Shown piece by piece: positions 42,657 to 50,592 of a stretch of DNA of 63,267 nucleotides. Made by a program: the position numbers and the translations under genes. Source of the stretch: Candidatus Dadabacteria bacterium (GTDB lineage: Bacteria; Bdellovibrionota_C; UBA2361; J046); NCBI GenBank assembly GCA_003696425.1, contig RFHI01000055.1:1-63267 (forward strand), in the 5' to 3' direction. Within the stretch, counting starts at the first letter, position 1, and each line of letters opens with the position of its first letter. The notes beneath the pieces were generated by a model. It saw nothing but the letters and a program-made list of their open reading frames with translations, ran no database searches and was not told the origin of the DNA.

Positions 42657-44648
42657 ATGGTCAATCATTCCCTACACAACAGCCAGAAGAGTGAAAGCGG
42701 CTCTATTGAGACATCCGATCTCAGCAGGGCAGCCAGAGCCCTTCCTCACTTTATACCAGAGTGGAAATACAGCTGGGTTAATAGTGTTGAGCAGCTTAAA
42801 ACTCTGGCAGATATACTCAGCAATGTAAAAGTATTTTCGATCGATACAGAAACCGGTGGAAGAGCGCAGTATGGTGAGACACTAAGCACGCACCTTTCAC
42901 TTATACAGATAGGATTTATAGATAAAAATGGACAAGGCCAAACATACCTGGTTGATGTACGCCAACTTGAAAGGCTTTTGTCAACAGCTGATGACCGGGC
43001 AAGCAATCCGTTACTTGCACTTAAAGCAGTGCTCGAAAACGGGAATATTAAAAAAGTTGCTCATAATAAGAGCTTTGAGATTGAGCAACTTGCCAAATAC
43101 GGCATTAAACTTACCAACACCGATGACACCATGGATATGGCCAGAAGAGCAAGGCCTGACCTGGCTTCGGTTACGCTGGGGGCTTGTGTTACAGAAGTAC
43201 TCGGCTTTTATCTTCCAAAAGAAGAGCAAACTACCGACTGGCTGGAGAGGCCGCTTACAAAGGAGCAAATTGACTATGCACGAGCTGATGCAGAAATCAC
43301 CCTGATTTTATATAGCCGGCTTAAAGAGCTTTTACAAGAACAGCGGCCACCTGAAACTGACAGGCCTGAGAAGCTTCTTGCCTCCATCAGAGATGACTAC
43401 ATTCAGTCCAGAAGGCTTTTAAGAGAAAGCGGCATTACAGTTCAATATGCCCTCCAAAGCGCTAAAATACGTGCAATTGAAAATAAAATCAGAGAATTGC
43501 TCGAGCACGAGTTCGATCTCACTGGCTGTGATCCGTTAAAGATTAAAACATCCCTTGGAAAAGTTTTGCTTGCCACTCGTGCTGTAACAGCGCTGGATGT
43601 AGAAAAGCTTAAAAGGCAGCACCCTGAAGCTGCTGAACAGCTGCTTCGCTATGAGGTTAAACGCTCGGAACTTAGAAGGGAGCTGCGCGCACGGGTTTAT
43701 CACGACCCCTCATACACTGAAGGCCAGATGTTTGCTGAGCTCGAGCAGATTCTGCCGGTTGTTGGCCGTGGCTCCATGCATATTAAGGAACTTACTCTTG
43801 ATCTTGATGAATATTACGGGACTGAACACGACCGAATGGGTACTGTTTTATCACAGATTGACAATGAATTTCTGCAGAGGCAGGAAATTACACCTGCAGC
43901 TCTCAGCGTGCTTGCTGCGCACGCAAGAAAATATATACCTGAACTGCCACGTAATTCTTTGCCGGCAGCCGCCTTAGAGATTTTAGATAAATCTTTTGAC
44001 TATATCAGCACAGGCATGTCAGATGAGCAAAAAAATTCGATAAGAAAGCACAATGCCGCGATAATTATTGAACTCAAACAAACGCTGGACAATATGGATA
44101 AAGAAGTTGATGCTGCAATACCTGCTGAGGCTACAGCAGCATTCGTTAAACTTAATGATATCGCCGGGCCACTTTTCCAGCAGCCGATTGATCTTGAAAA
44201 ACCTGTAACTGAACTTCTTAAAGCTCTTATTAAAGAACGCGGAAAGCAGCTTGCACTTTTAAGAGAAGCAGGCATTGCTAATAGCTTTACAGTCTGCTGT
44301 GTAAGAGCAGCAAACACCCGTGGTAAATTAGAAGAAGTCATTGATCAGCGTGTTTCAAAGCGACGGGTCGCACCGTTACACCTTAAAACTGAGGCCGGAA
44401 ATGTTACCCTGTCTGTCTCACGCATCAGGACATTGAAATATGAAAAGCTCAAAGAGCTTTATCCTGAACTGGCCGAAAAGCTGGCTTATCAGACCACTAC
44501 CCAGCAGGAGCTTATCGAGTTTTGGACTAAAAAAGGAATAAGCAGAACCGCTCAGGAAAAACTGCTTAAAACTCTATGGACTGAACAGGGGCGATCACAC
44601 CCCTCTGTTTCAATTTACCCGCGCTACAAACTGCTCTATACAGACTGA
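42657..44648 (+). CDS. DEDDy 3'-5' exonuclease (RNase D/WRN-exo type) with long duplicated C-terminal extension
   Basis: 663 aa. ExoI is FSIDTETGG, ExoII is KVAHNKSFEIEQL and ExoIII is QIDYARADAEI. The C-terminal 430 aa contain two gapless homologous modules, aa 250-335 and 530-615. Confidence 0.8.
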   Translation: MVNHSLHNSQKSESGSIETSDLSRAARALPHFIPEWKYSWVNSVEQLKTLADILSNVKVFSIDTETGGRAQYGETLSTHLSLIQIGFIDKNGQGQTYLVDVRQLERLLSTADDRASNPLLALKAVLENGNIKKVAHNKSFEIEQLAKYGIKLTNTDDTMDMARRARPDLASVTLGACVTEVLGFYLPKEEQTTDWLERPLTKEQIDYARADAEITLILYSRLKELLQEQRPPETDRPEKLLASIRDDYIQSRRLLRESGITVQYALQSAKIRAIENKIRELLEHEFDLTGCDPLKIKTSLGKVLLATRAVTALDVEKLKRQHPEAAEQLLRYEVKRSELRRELRARVYHDPSYTEGQMFAELEQILPVVGRGSMHIKELTLDLDEYYGTEHDRMGTVLSQIDNEFLQRQEITPAALSVLAAHARKYIPELPRNSLPAAALEILDKSFDYISTGMSDEQKNSIRKHNAAIIIELKQTLDNMDKEVDAAIPAEATAAFVKLNDIAGPLFQQPIDLEKPVTELLKALIKERGKQLALLREAGIANSFTVCCVRAANTRGKLEEVIDQRVSKRRVAPLHLKTEAGNVTLSVSRIRTLKYEKLKELYPELAEKLAYQTTTQQELIEFWTKKGISRTAQEKLLKTLWTEQGRSHPSVSIYPRYKLLYTD

Positions 44649-44704
44649 ACCCTACTTTATATTCATATGCCGATAAGGTATGATCGCCTGCAATAAACGG
44701 GGAA

Positions 44705-45304
44705 TTGGCTTTGGCTGCTAAACTAGTCCTTATAGATAATTATGATTCATTTACTTATAACCTCTACCAGCAACTGCTGGTGGCAGCAGAAAATACACCC
44801 TTAAGCGTAACTGTATATAGAAATGATAGCGTTGACGCTGCGACTGTTTTATCTTTGGGGTTCGATGGACTGGTAATTTCACCTGGCCCGGGCTGGCCGG
44901 ATGATTCGGGAATATCAAAAGAACTAATCCGCCAGTGGCCGAAAGACAAACCCCTGCTGGGAGTATGTCTCGGCCATCAGACTCTGGCCGCCGTATGTGG
45001 CGCAAAAATCAGGCGCAGCATAAAGCCACTTCACGGAAAGACATCGAAGGTACAACTTAAAGACTCAACACTCTTTAAAAAATTGCCCGATAAGATTGAA
45101 GTCATGCGTTATCACTCCCTGGTTGTTTCCTCTGACTCATTGCCACAGGAACTAGAGGTGACAGCCACTGATGAAAACGGGGAGATCATGGCGCTTGAGC
45201 ACAAGACCAGAAAAGCCTGGGGGATTCAGTTTCATCCGGAATCCTTTCTGACCCCTGCTGGAAACCAAATTATAAGGAATTTTTTAGAGGAGCTTCGAGA
45301 GTGA
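44705..45304 (+). CDS. pabA: aminodeoxychorismate/anthranilate synthase glutamine amidotransferase component
   Basis: 199 aa. LIDNYDSFTYNL, SPGPG, LLGVCLGHQ and IQFHPES form the class-I GATase triad context. Confidence 0.85.
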   Translation: MALAAKLVLIDNYDSFTYNLYQQLLVAAENTPLSVTVYRNDSVDAATVLSLGFDGLVISPGPGWPDDSGISKELIRQWPKDKPLLGVCLGHQTLAAVCGAKIRRSIKPLHGKTSKVQLKDSTLFKKLPDKIEVMRYHSLVVSSDSLPQELEVTATDENGEIMALEHKTRKAWGIQFHPESFLTPAGNQIIRNFLEELRE

Positions 45305-46728
45305 AAGTCCTGAAAGTTACCGAATCTATAGTTTCAGCAGATCTTATTCGAGCAGCTGAAAACTGTTCAAAGCTTCCAGGGTATTGCTGTCTTAATACAC
45401 CAGATGCCCGCTACTTTTTTCTTGAACCGTTACAACTGATAGTAGCGGGGGCGAATAGTTGTAATATTATTGCGAATTCAGGCAGCGAACAAATTAACAT
45501 AGATCCCATTACCGTCATTGATAAATATTTAAATCCAATCCTTACTTCTACCTCAAATGTTAAATTACTACCTTGTGCTGCGGGCTATTTTGCTTATGAA
45601 CTTGCAGACTTCCTGCCCGCTGTTCCGTGGAGTGACACTAAAAGCCTGTCCTGTCCTGTTATTCATTTTGCGATCTATTCAAAAATACTTAAATACAAGC
45701 CGGGCACAGCTGTGGCCAGACTCTATACTGTTCGCTATGTAAAAGATCTTAAGCCCTTATGGCTTTTCCGGGATGTTACTGCTACAGATTACTACCGATC
45801 TTACCCGTCTAATTCGGACTTTAATATCAATAATCTTTACTGCCAGGCAAAGGCGGATCTCGATAGCTGCGCACTCCCGGATGCCGGCACGTATAAAACC
45901 AGAATAAAAAAAATTATCGAACTTATAGCTGACGGCCAGGTGTATCAGATAAACCTTACCCGCAGATATGAGCTCCCGTGTGAATTAGAGCCGTACAATT
46001 TTTATCTGATCATGGAACAGATGGCAGCTGCAGAGTATCGCGGGTATTTAAACTGCACATCAATGGACGGAAATCCTTTTTCAATAGTAAGCGCTTCTCC
46101 GGAGCGATTTTTCTCACTTAGGAACAATGCACTTATTTCCTCCCCAATCAAAGGCAGTGCTCCACGTTCGAGTTCACCTGAACAGGATCATCTCCTGCGA
46201 GAGAGTCTTTTAAGCAGCGAAAAAGACAGGGCTGAACTTGCCATGATTGTTGATCTTATAAGAAATGATCTGGGAAGAATCGCTGTAACCGGTTCAGTCA
46301 GGGTAAATGGACACGCGTTACTGAAGAAGCTACCTCACATTTACCACCTTTATTCAGACGTAAGCTGCAGGCTGCCTGAATCTGTAACGCTTACCGATAT
46401 CATTAATGCCCTATTCCCGTGCGGTTCTATTACCGGTGCTCCTAAAATAGCAGCCATGCAATATATTCGCGAGCTTGAGTGCTGTCCGCGCGAAGTTTAT
46501 ACCGGAGCAATCGGCTGTATCGGGCCGGGGAACTTTGCTGATTTTAATGTTGCTATTCGTACCGGCATAATTAAAAATCAGAAGCTCAGCTTTAATACCG
46601 GTGGCGGTATTGTCTTTGACTCCAAACCGGAGCTTGAGCATCAGGAAAGCATAACAAAGGCGCTCGATATTTTTGCTGCATGGTTGACAAGTGCAGCTAA
46701 CCAGTTGGAATCACATGTTGCATTCTAA
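45301..46728 (+). CDS. pabB: aminodeoxychorismate synthase component I (chorismate-binding enzyme)
   Basis: 475 aa with a GTG start overlapping the pabA stop by 4 nt. GQVYQINLTRR, SPERFF, PIKGS, EKDRAELAMIVDLIRND and PCGSITGAPK are present. PabB versus TrpE cannot be decided by eye. Confidence 0.75.
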   Translation: MKVLKVTESIVSADLIRAAENCSKLPGYCCLNTPDARYFFLEPLQLIVAGANSCNIIANSGSEQINIDPITVIDKYLNPILTSTSNVKLLPCAAGYFAYELADFLPAVPWSDTKSLSCPVIHFAIYSKILKYKPGTAVARLYTVRYVKDLKPLWLFRDVTATDYYRSYPSNSDFNINNLYCQAKADLDSCALPDAGTYKTRIKKIIELIADGQVYQINLTRRYELPCELEPYNFYLIMEQMAAAEYRGYLNCTSMDGNPFSIVSASPERFFSLRNNALISSPIKGSAPRSSSPEQDHLLRESLLSSEKDRAELAMIVDLIRNDLGRIAVTGSVRVNGHALLKKLPHIYHLYSDVSCRLPESVTLTDIINALFPCGSITGAPKIAAMQYIRELECCPREVYTGAIGCIGPGNFADFNVAIRTGIIKNQKLSFNTGGGIVFDSKPELEHQESITKALDIFAAWLTSAANQLESHVAF

Positions 46729-46841
46729 TCAAAATAGTGTTTTCCATATGGTAGTAAATCCTGTTAAGCTTATTAAAAATCAGATATTAACCGCCGGCTA
46801 CTAATGTTGGCCGCGAATTTTGCAACCTAGAGTAAGTTACT

Positions 46842-47612
46842 ATGCGTATTGCACTGATTCAGTTCGACATAGCCTGGAACAATCCTGAAAAAAACATTGA
46901 AACCTGTACAAAGATAGTAAACCGTGCAGTTGAAGGCGGTGCGCGACTGGTTATACTTCCGGAAATGTTTACAACCGGCTGTTCCAACCCGACTGGAGAG
47001 GCTGCTCTGCACGCTTTCAAAACCGGCGACAGCTTTCTTAAAGAAGCTTCTCAGGAACACGGTGTATTTATCTGCGGCTCAATCCCTGTACTTGAATCAG
47101 CCTCGGATAAACCGTCAAATTCCATCCGACTCTACTCACCGGAAGGCTTAGCAGGCGAATATGCTAAGATACATCTCTTCAGCATGGATGGCGAAGACCG
47201 GGAGTACTTAAGCGGCACCTCTACCTTGACCCGTAAAATTGAGGATTTCAGTGCCTCCTTTTTTATTTGCTACGATCTGCGCTTCCCTCAAATATTCTCC
47301 AAAGTCGCCAGAGAAACGGACATATATGTTATTCCGGCCAACTGGCCTGCCAACCGTGAATACCACTGGCGCAGCCTGTTAGTAGCTCGTGCAATTGAAA
47401 ACCAGGCCTTTGTAGTGGCAGTTAACCGGGTTGGTTCAGGTGGCGGCAAACGCTACCCCGGCTCATCAATGATAATATCTCCGATGGGAGAAGTACTAAG
47501 ACGCGGCAGCGACAAAGAAGAGCTGTTACTTTGTGACCTCGATGTTGAAGACGTTCGCAAGGTAAGAGCTGCATTACCCTTTCTTGAAGACCGCCGGGAA
47601 GAGTTGTATTAA
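46842..47612 (+). CDS. carbon-nitrogen hydrolase (nitrilase superfamily, omega-amidase/YafV-like)
   Basis: 256 aa. LVILPEMF (Glu), FFICYDLRFP (Cys) and the ARAIENQAFVVAVNRVG signature. Confidence 0.8.
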   Translation: MRIALIQFDIAWNNPEKNIETCTKIVNRAVEGGARLVILPEMFTTGCSNPTGEAALHAFKTGDSFLKEASQEHGVFICGSIPVLESASDKPSNSIRLYSPEGLAGEYAKIHLFSMDGEDREYLSGTSTLTRKIEDFSASFFICYDLRFPQIFSKVARETDIYVIPANWPANREYHWRSLLVARAIENQAFVVAVNRVGSGGGKRYPGSSMIISPMGEVLRRGSDKEELLLCDLDVEDVRKVRAALPFLEDRREELY

Positions 47613-47792
47613 GTGCATTACTAGACCCGACTATCATTGCGATTACACTTATCCATTACATTAAGCAAACTCCTGGATCGCTGCACTTGCCTTCCGCCTC
47701 ATAATTTATAACCTTCCGGATCTGTGATCTCAGGATAACTGTCCTTGAGAGCCATGGCTGACAACAGTGTTCACACGGTTCCCCTTTGCGCA

Positions 47793-48128
47793 TTACAGGG
47801 AGGCATCACAATTCAGTGGCTGAACGCGCATTGTTTTAGCTAATAAGGGGAAAAGCCTTTTGTGATTCAAACTACGCTGGTGAAAATAATAATTAGTGGT
47901 ATTTGCGAAATCATATATCACGCAAATAGACCGGCGGCAGCTGAGCTGAAGCGATGCAGTGCCCGATTTCAGTCGGGCGCAAAAACAATGTGCAGCCAGC
48001 AGGCTGGCTGCATTCATCAGCTTGCCTTTCTTCTCTCGATTTTGAACCTTAAGCGTAGTTTCATCCGCCCGAATATACGGTTTTGCAAGAATAGCTTTAA
48101 GGATAGCAGACGCTACAGGCTCAAGCAT
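47793..48128 (-). pseudogene. IS66 transposase (TnpC) central fragment with DDE-region remnant
   Basis: LEPVASAILKAILAKPYIRADETTLKV matches LxPLxxxLxxxlxxxxvlxxDETpxxVL. The downstream frame decays: VIYDF, LNCDASL and CNAQRG are remnants of the YxW, LQxDGY and CWAHxRR motifs. Confidence 0.55.
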
Positions 48129-48480
48129 AGCTGCTACATGACCTAACCCGCATTTTTCACGAGAAATTTTAGTGGACCCAGGTTGTCCGCCTAATTTATT
48201 GGGAAAAAGATTGATATTGCCAGGTCACAGTTTTACTACCGATCGTAGTCCTACTGCGAGGCGCACTTTTGGCCGATCTTGAATGACTAAGCGTTCACAG
48301 GTGTAAAAGATAGCTGTCTGAACTTAATTAGGGAGCGCGACAATAAGTACTAATTCTACTTATTTCTTGTCATCCCCTGATCGGGGATGGCAGTTTTTGT
48401 GAACGCTTAATTTTGTCACCCCGGATTTGCTCCGCAAATCCACCCCTGAGGGGTTGGTAGACAGCTTAATTGGTTAACTA
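48129..48480. repeat. non-coding insertion inside the IS66 tnpC remnant with 12-bp inverted repeats and three tight hairpins
   Basis: taagcgttcaca (48288-48299) and tgtgaacgctta (48398-48409) are inverted repeats. Hairpins: atcccc-tgatc-ggggat (48372-48388), ggatttgc-tcc-gcaaatcc (48423-48441) and acccc-tga-ggggt (48442-48454). Confidence 0.4.
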
Positions 48481-48663
48481 GCATTGTGGTTGAGCGTTGA
48501 ATTGTGCTCGCCATACTCCAGTATTCCTGCGCTTTTTTAATTCAACCTCGGCTAAAAATTGCGCCTCTCGTGACGGATTCTCATGAAAAAAGCGGGCTAA
48601 CCACTCGCACATACGCTGACGAAGTGTCTTAATCCCGTGGCGGGAAAATATCTGCTCCTGCCG
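48481..48663 (-). pseudogene. IS66 transposase (TnpC) N-terminal-region fragment
   Basis: My own translation, RQEQIFSRHGIKTLRQRMCEWLARFF..., resembles the TnpC segment RQxxIFaReGvxLsRstLadWv. It has no start codon. Confidence 0.45.
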
Positions 48664-48680
48664 TTAAACAGTATATGATC

Positions 48681-48878
48681 TTATAATTTGTTGACTCTGT
48701 CCCAGTACAGGATCTTTACGCGGTCACTACGACGACTTAAAAATACACAGATGCCACTTCGAGGCGGGTTGCACCCCATGCATTCCTGCATCATGCTGGC
48801 AAGCCGGTCAAAGCCACGCGGCATATCCGTTGCTGCTTTGTACAGAAATGCCTGCGTACCTGGCTTAAGCCTTAGCAC
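48681..48878 (-). pseudogene. IS66 Orf2 (TnpB) fragment, C-terminally truncated
   Basis: TDMPRGFDRLASMMQECMGCNPPRSGICVFLSRRSDRVKILYWDR matches the IS66 TnpB consensus (DMRkgfdgLaalv...dPfsGalFvFrnrrgdrlKiLyWd) and stops prematurely. Confidence 0.65.
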
Positions 48879-49048
48879 AGAGCTTCCACTATGAGCTTAA
48901 GTTCCCTGCTGTCAAATCCGGCGGCTGGTACGTGCAGTGTAGCTGAACCAATCTGAATGGTAAGCTCCGGGCCAGTTCGAAGTTCTACAAAGCCAGGCTT
49001 TGATTCTAAAAGACCCGGATACCATGGGCCGGAAAGGACGGTTACATC

Positions 49049-50104
49049 TCAGGCGGGTATCTGTTCCAAAAGCCTGGCTGCATGTAACCTTGCCCGAGCT
49101 CTCAAAAGGTTTTGCTGTGGGTATTTAATCTTAAAATAGACATCTCCCTTTAAATAGTCAGTTAAAAATCTAACTGATTCATTTAAGGCAAAAAGAGCAG
49201 GAGCTTTTCTGAATAGAGCCTTTTCTTCAGAAGTTAGAAACTCCTTGAGTACAGGCATAAAACCTTCATTGATCGATTCAAATATATCTGCTCTGAATTG
49301 TATTTTTGAGAGGTCTTCCTCATCCTCTCTCCCACTTATGCATGTAAATGTAATCAGGTTTCCGTAATCATACACGATGCTGCCCGGCATACAGGTGTCA
49401 TAATCAACAACCGAAACTGCACGACCACTTAAATCAAAGAGCACATTATTAAATTTTAAATCGTTATGAGTGACCCTGTATGGGATCTCCCCCCTTTCCA
49501 GCGCATCATGAATAACTGCTGCATCTTTGCGCAGCTCCAAAACCGCTTCGATTAACCCGCTGCACTCAGCCACACGCCCAAAGAGATCTTTCCCAACTGC
49601 ATCTTCGAGAGCAGTGTAGCGCGCCGGTAAATTATGAAAGTCCAAAATTACTGCCTGCATCTCGGAAGGATTAAGACTGAAAAGAGCTGCCTCAAATACG
49701 GCACAAATCTTTCCAGCCTCCCTTGCCTGTTTTATATTAGTACAAATATCGAAAGATTCAGTTGCGGGAACAGCACTGTACATGCGCCAGTAATTACCGG
49801 TTGAATCCTGCTGATACAGCTCTCCGTCTGGGGCCGGCACAATTTCGGGAACTATTAAACCATAGTTTAATGCTACCGGGCTGCTACGGACGGCTTGAAG
49901 GGCCTTACTTATATTGTTCATCAGCAGATTAACATCACCAAATATGCCATGATTAATTTTTTGCAGAATGAATTGTGTCTGGAAGCCGGCGACAGTTACT
50001 ATATAAGTGTCGTGTATATGCCCACGATCCAGCCTGCTAACTTGTACAGCATTTAATGTCTTAAGGAATGCGGCTGTGATCTGATTTAATTCTTTTTCAT
50101 CCAT
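49049..50104 (-). CDS. APH/choline-kinase-fold phosphotransferase (N-acetylhexosamine-kinase-like)
   Basis: 351 aa. The catalytic loop is THNDLKFNNVLFD, followed by VVDYDT (DxD metal site). Brenner-type kinase fold pattern. Confidence 0.7.
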   Translation of the reverse strand: MDEKELNQITAAFLKTLNAVQVSRLDRGHIHDTYIVTVAGFQTQFILQKINHGIFGDVNLLMNNISKALQAVRSSPVALNYGLIVPEIVPAPDGELYQQDSTGNYWRMYSAVPATESFDICTNIKQAREAGKICAVFEAALFSLNPSEMQAVILDFHNLPARYTALEDAVGKDLFGRVAECSGLIEAVLELRKDAAVIHDALERGEIPYRVTHNDLKFNNVLFDLSGRAVSVVDYDTCMPGSIVYDYGNLITFTCISGREDEEDLSKIQFRADIFESINEGFMPVLKEFLTSEEKALFRKAPALFALNESVRFLTDYLKGDVYFKIKYPQQNLLRARARLHAARLLEQIPA

Positions 50105-50267
50105 AAGCTACTGAAAAACAATCATAATTTGCACAACCACCCTGTAAAAGCCAGTATTTCCCCACCATAAAAATAGTTACCAGTAAATTCAAGCAATTAT
50201 TTTTTACCCTCTGGTCATTGTCATTTACATTGGTAATACTCAAGGCGTTATCAAAGGATTTGTCTGT

Positions 50268-50495
50268 ATGGAAAAGTACCTGGTTCTTACAACAACAACC
50301 GAACGCTCATTGGCAAACCGGGCATGTACAACTCTGGAGCAGGCAGGTATTCCTGTCCTGGTTGAACATGTCGAGATTAGTGAGAGCGGCCTGCGTGCAA
50401 CCGGCTATCGCGTGCTGGTTCCTGCACAGTTTACTCAAACTGCCATGCGTCTGGTTAAAGTTGACAGTACGCGTAAAGTCGCTGGCATACAGTAG
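50268..50495 (+). CDS. small DUF2007-like (putative signal-transducing) protein
   Basis: 75 aa. A beta-alpha-beta pattern with A..A...L...GIP resembles DUF2007. The overlapping frames at 50218 and 50307 are judged spurious. Confidence 0.4.
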   Translation: MEKYLVLTTTTERSLANRACTTLEQAGIPVLVEHVEISESGLRATGYRVLVPAQFTQTAMRLVKVDSTRKVAGIQ

Positions 50496-50592
50496 CTTGC
50501 TCTCTAACACTTTTTAACAATCTGCACCCCCGCAGGCGGGTGGCGCGGTGCTTTTGGCCGGGATAAGATCGCGGCACAAGATCCTCAAGATC

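Larger units (their letters stand above)
47650..48900 (-). mobile_element. heavily degraded IS66-family insertion sequence remnant
   Basis: Collinear minus-strand fragments of TnpB (IS66 Orf2) and TnpC, with frameshifts, deletions and a roughly 350-bp insertion. No tnpA and no intact ends are recognised. Confidence 0.6.

Noticed and set aside
48288-48409. Retron-like msr/msd reading of the inverted repeats flanking about 100 bp of hairpin-rich sequence
   Set aside because: No reverse transcriptase gene lies nearby, and the element sits inside a decayed IS66 transposase. A MITE-like or IS-end remnant is the simpler reading.
50521-50560. GC-rich imperfect hairpin (cacccccgcaggcgggtg...ctttt) as a terminator between convergent genes
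   Set aside because: The stem needs a bulge and the T-run is only four residues. It is plausible but too weak to list as a feature.
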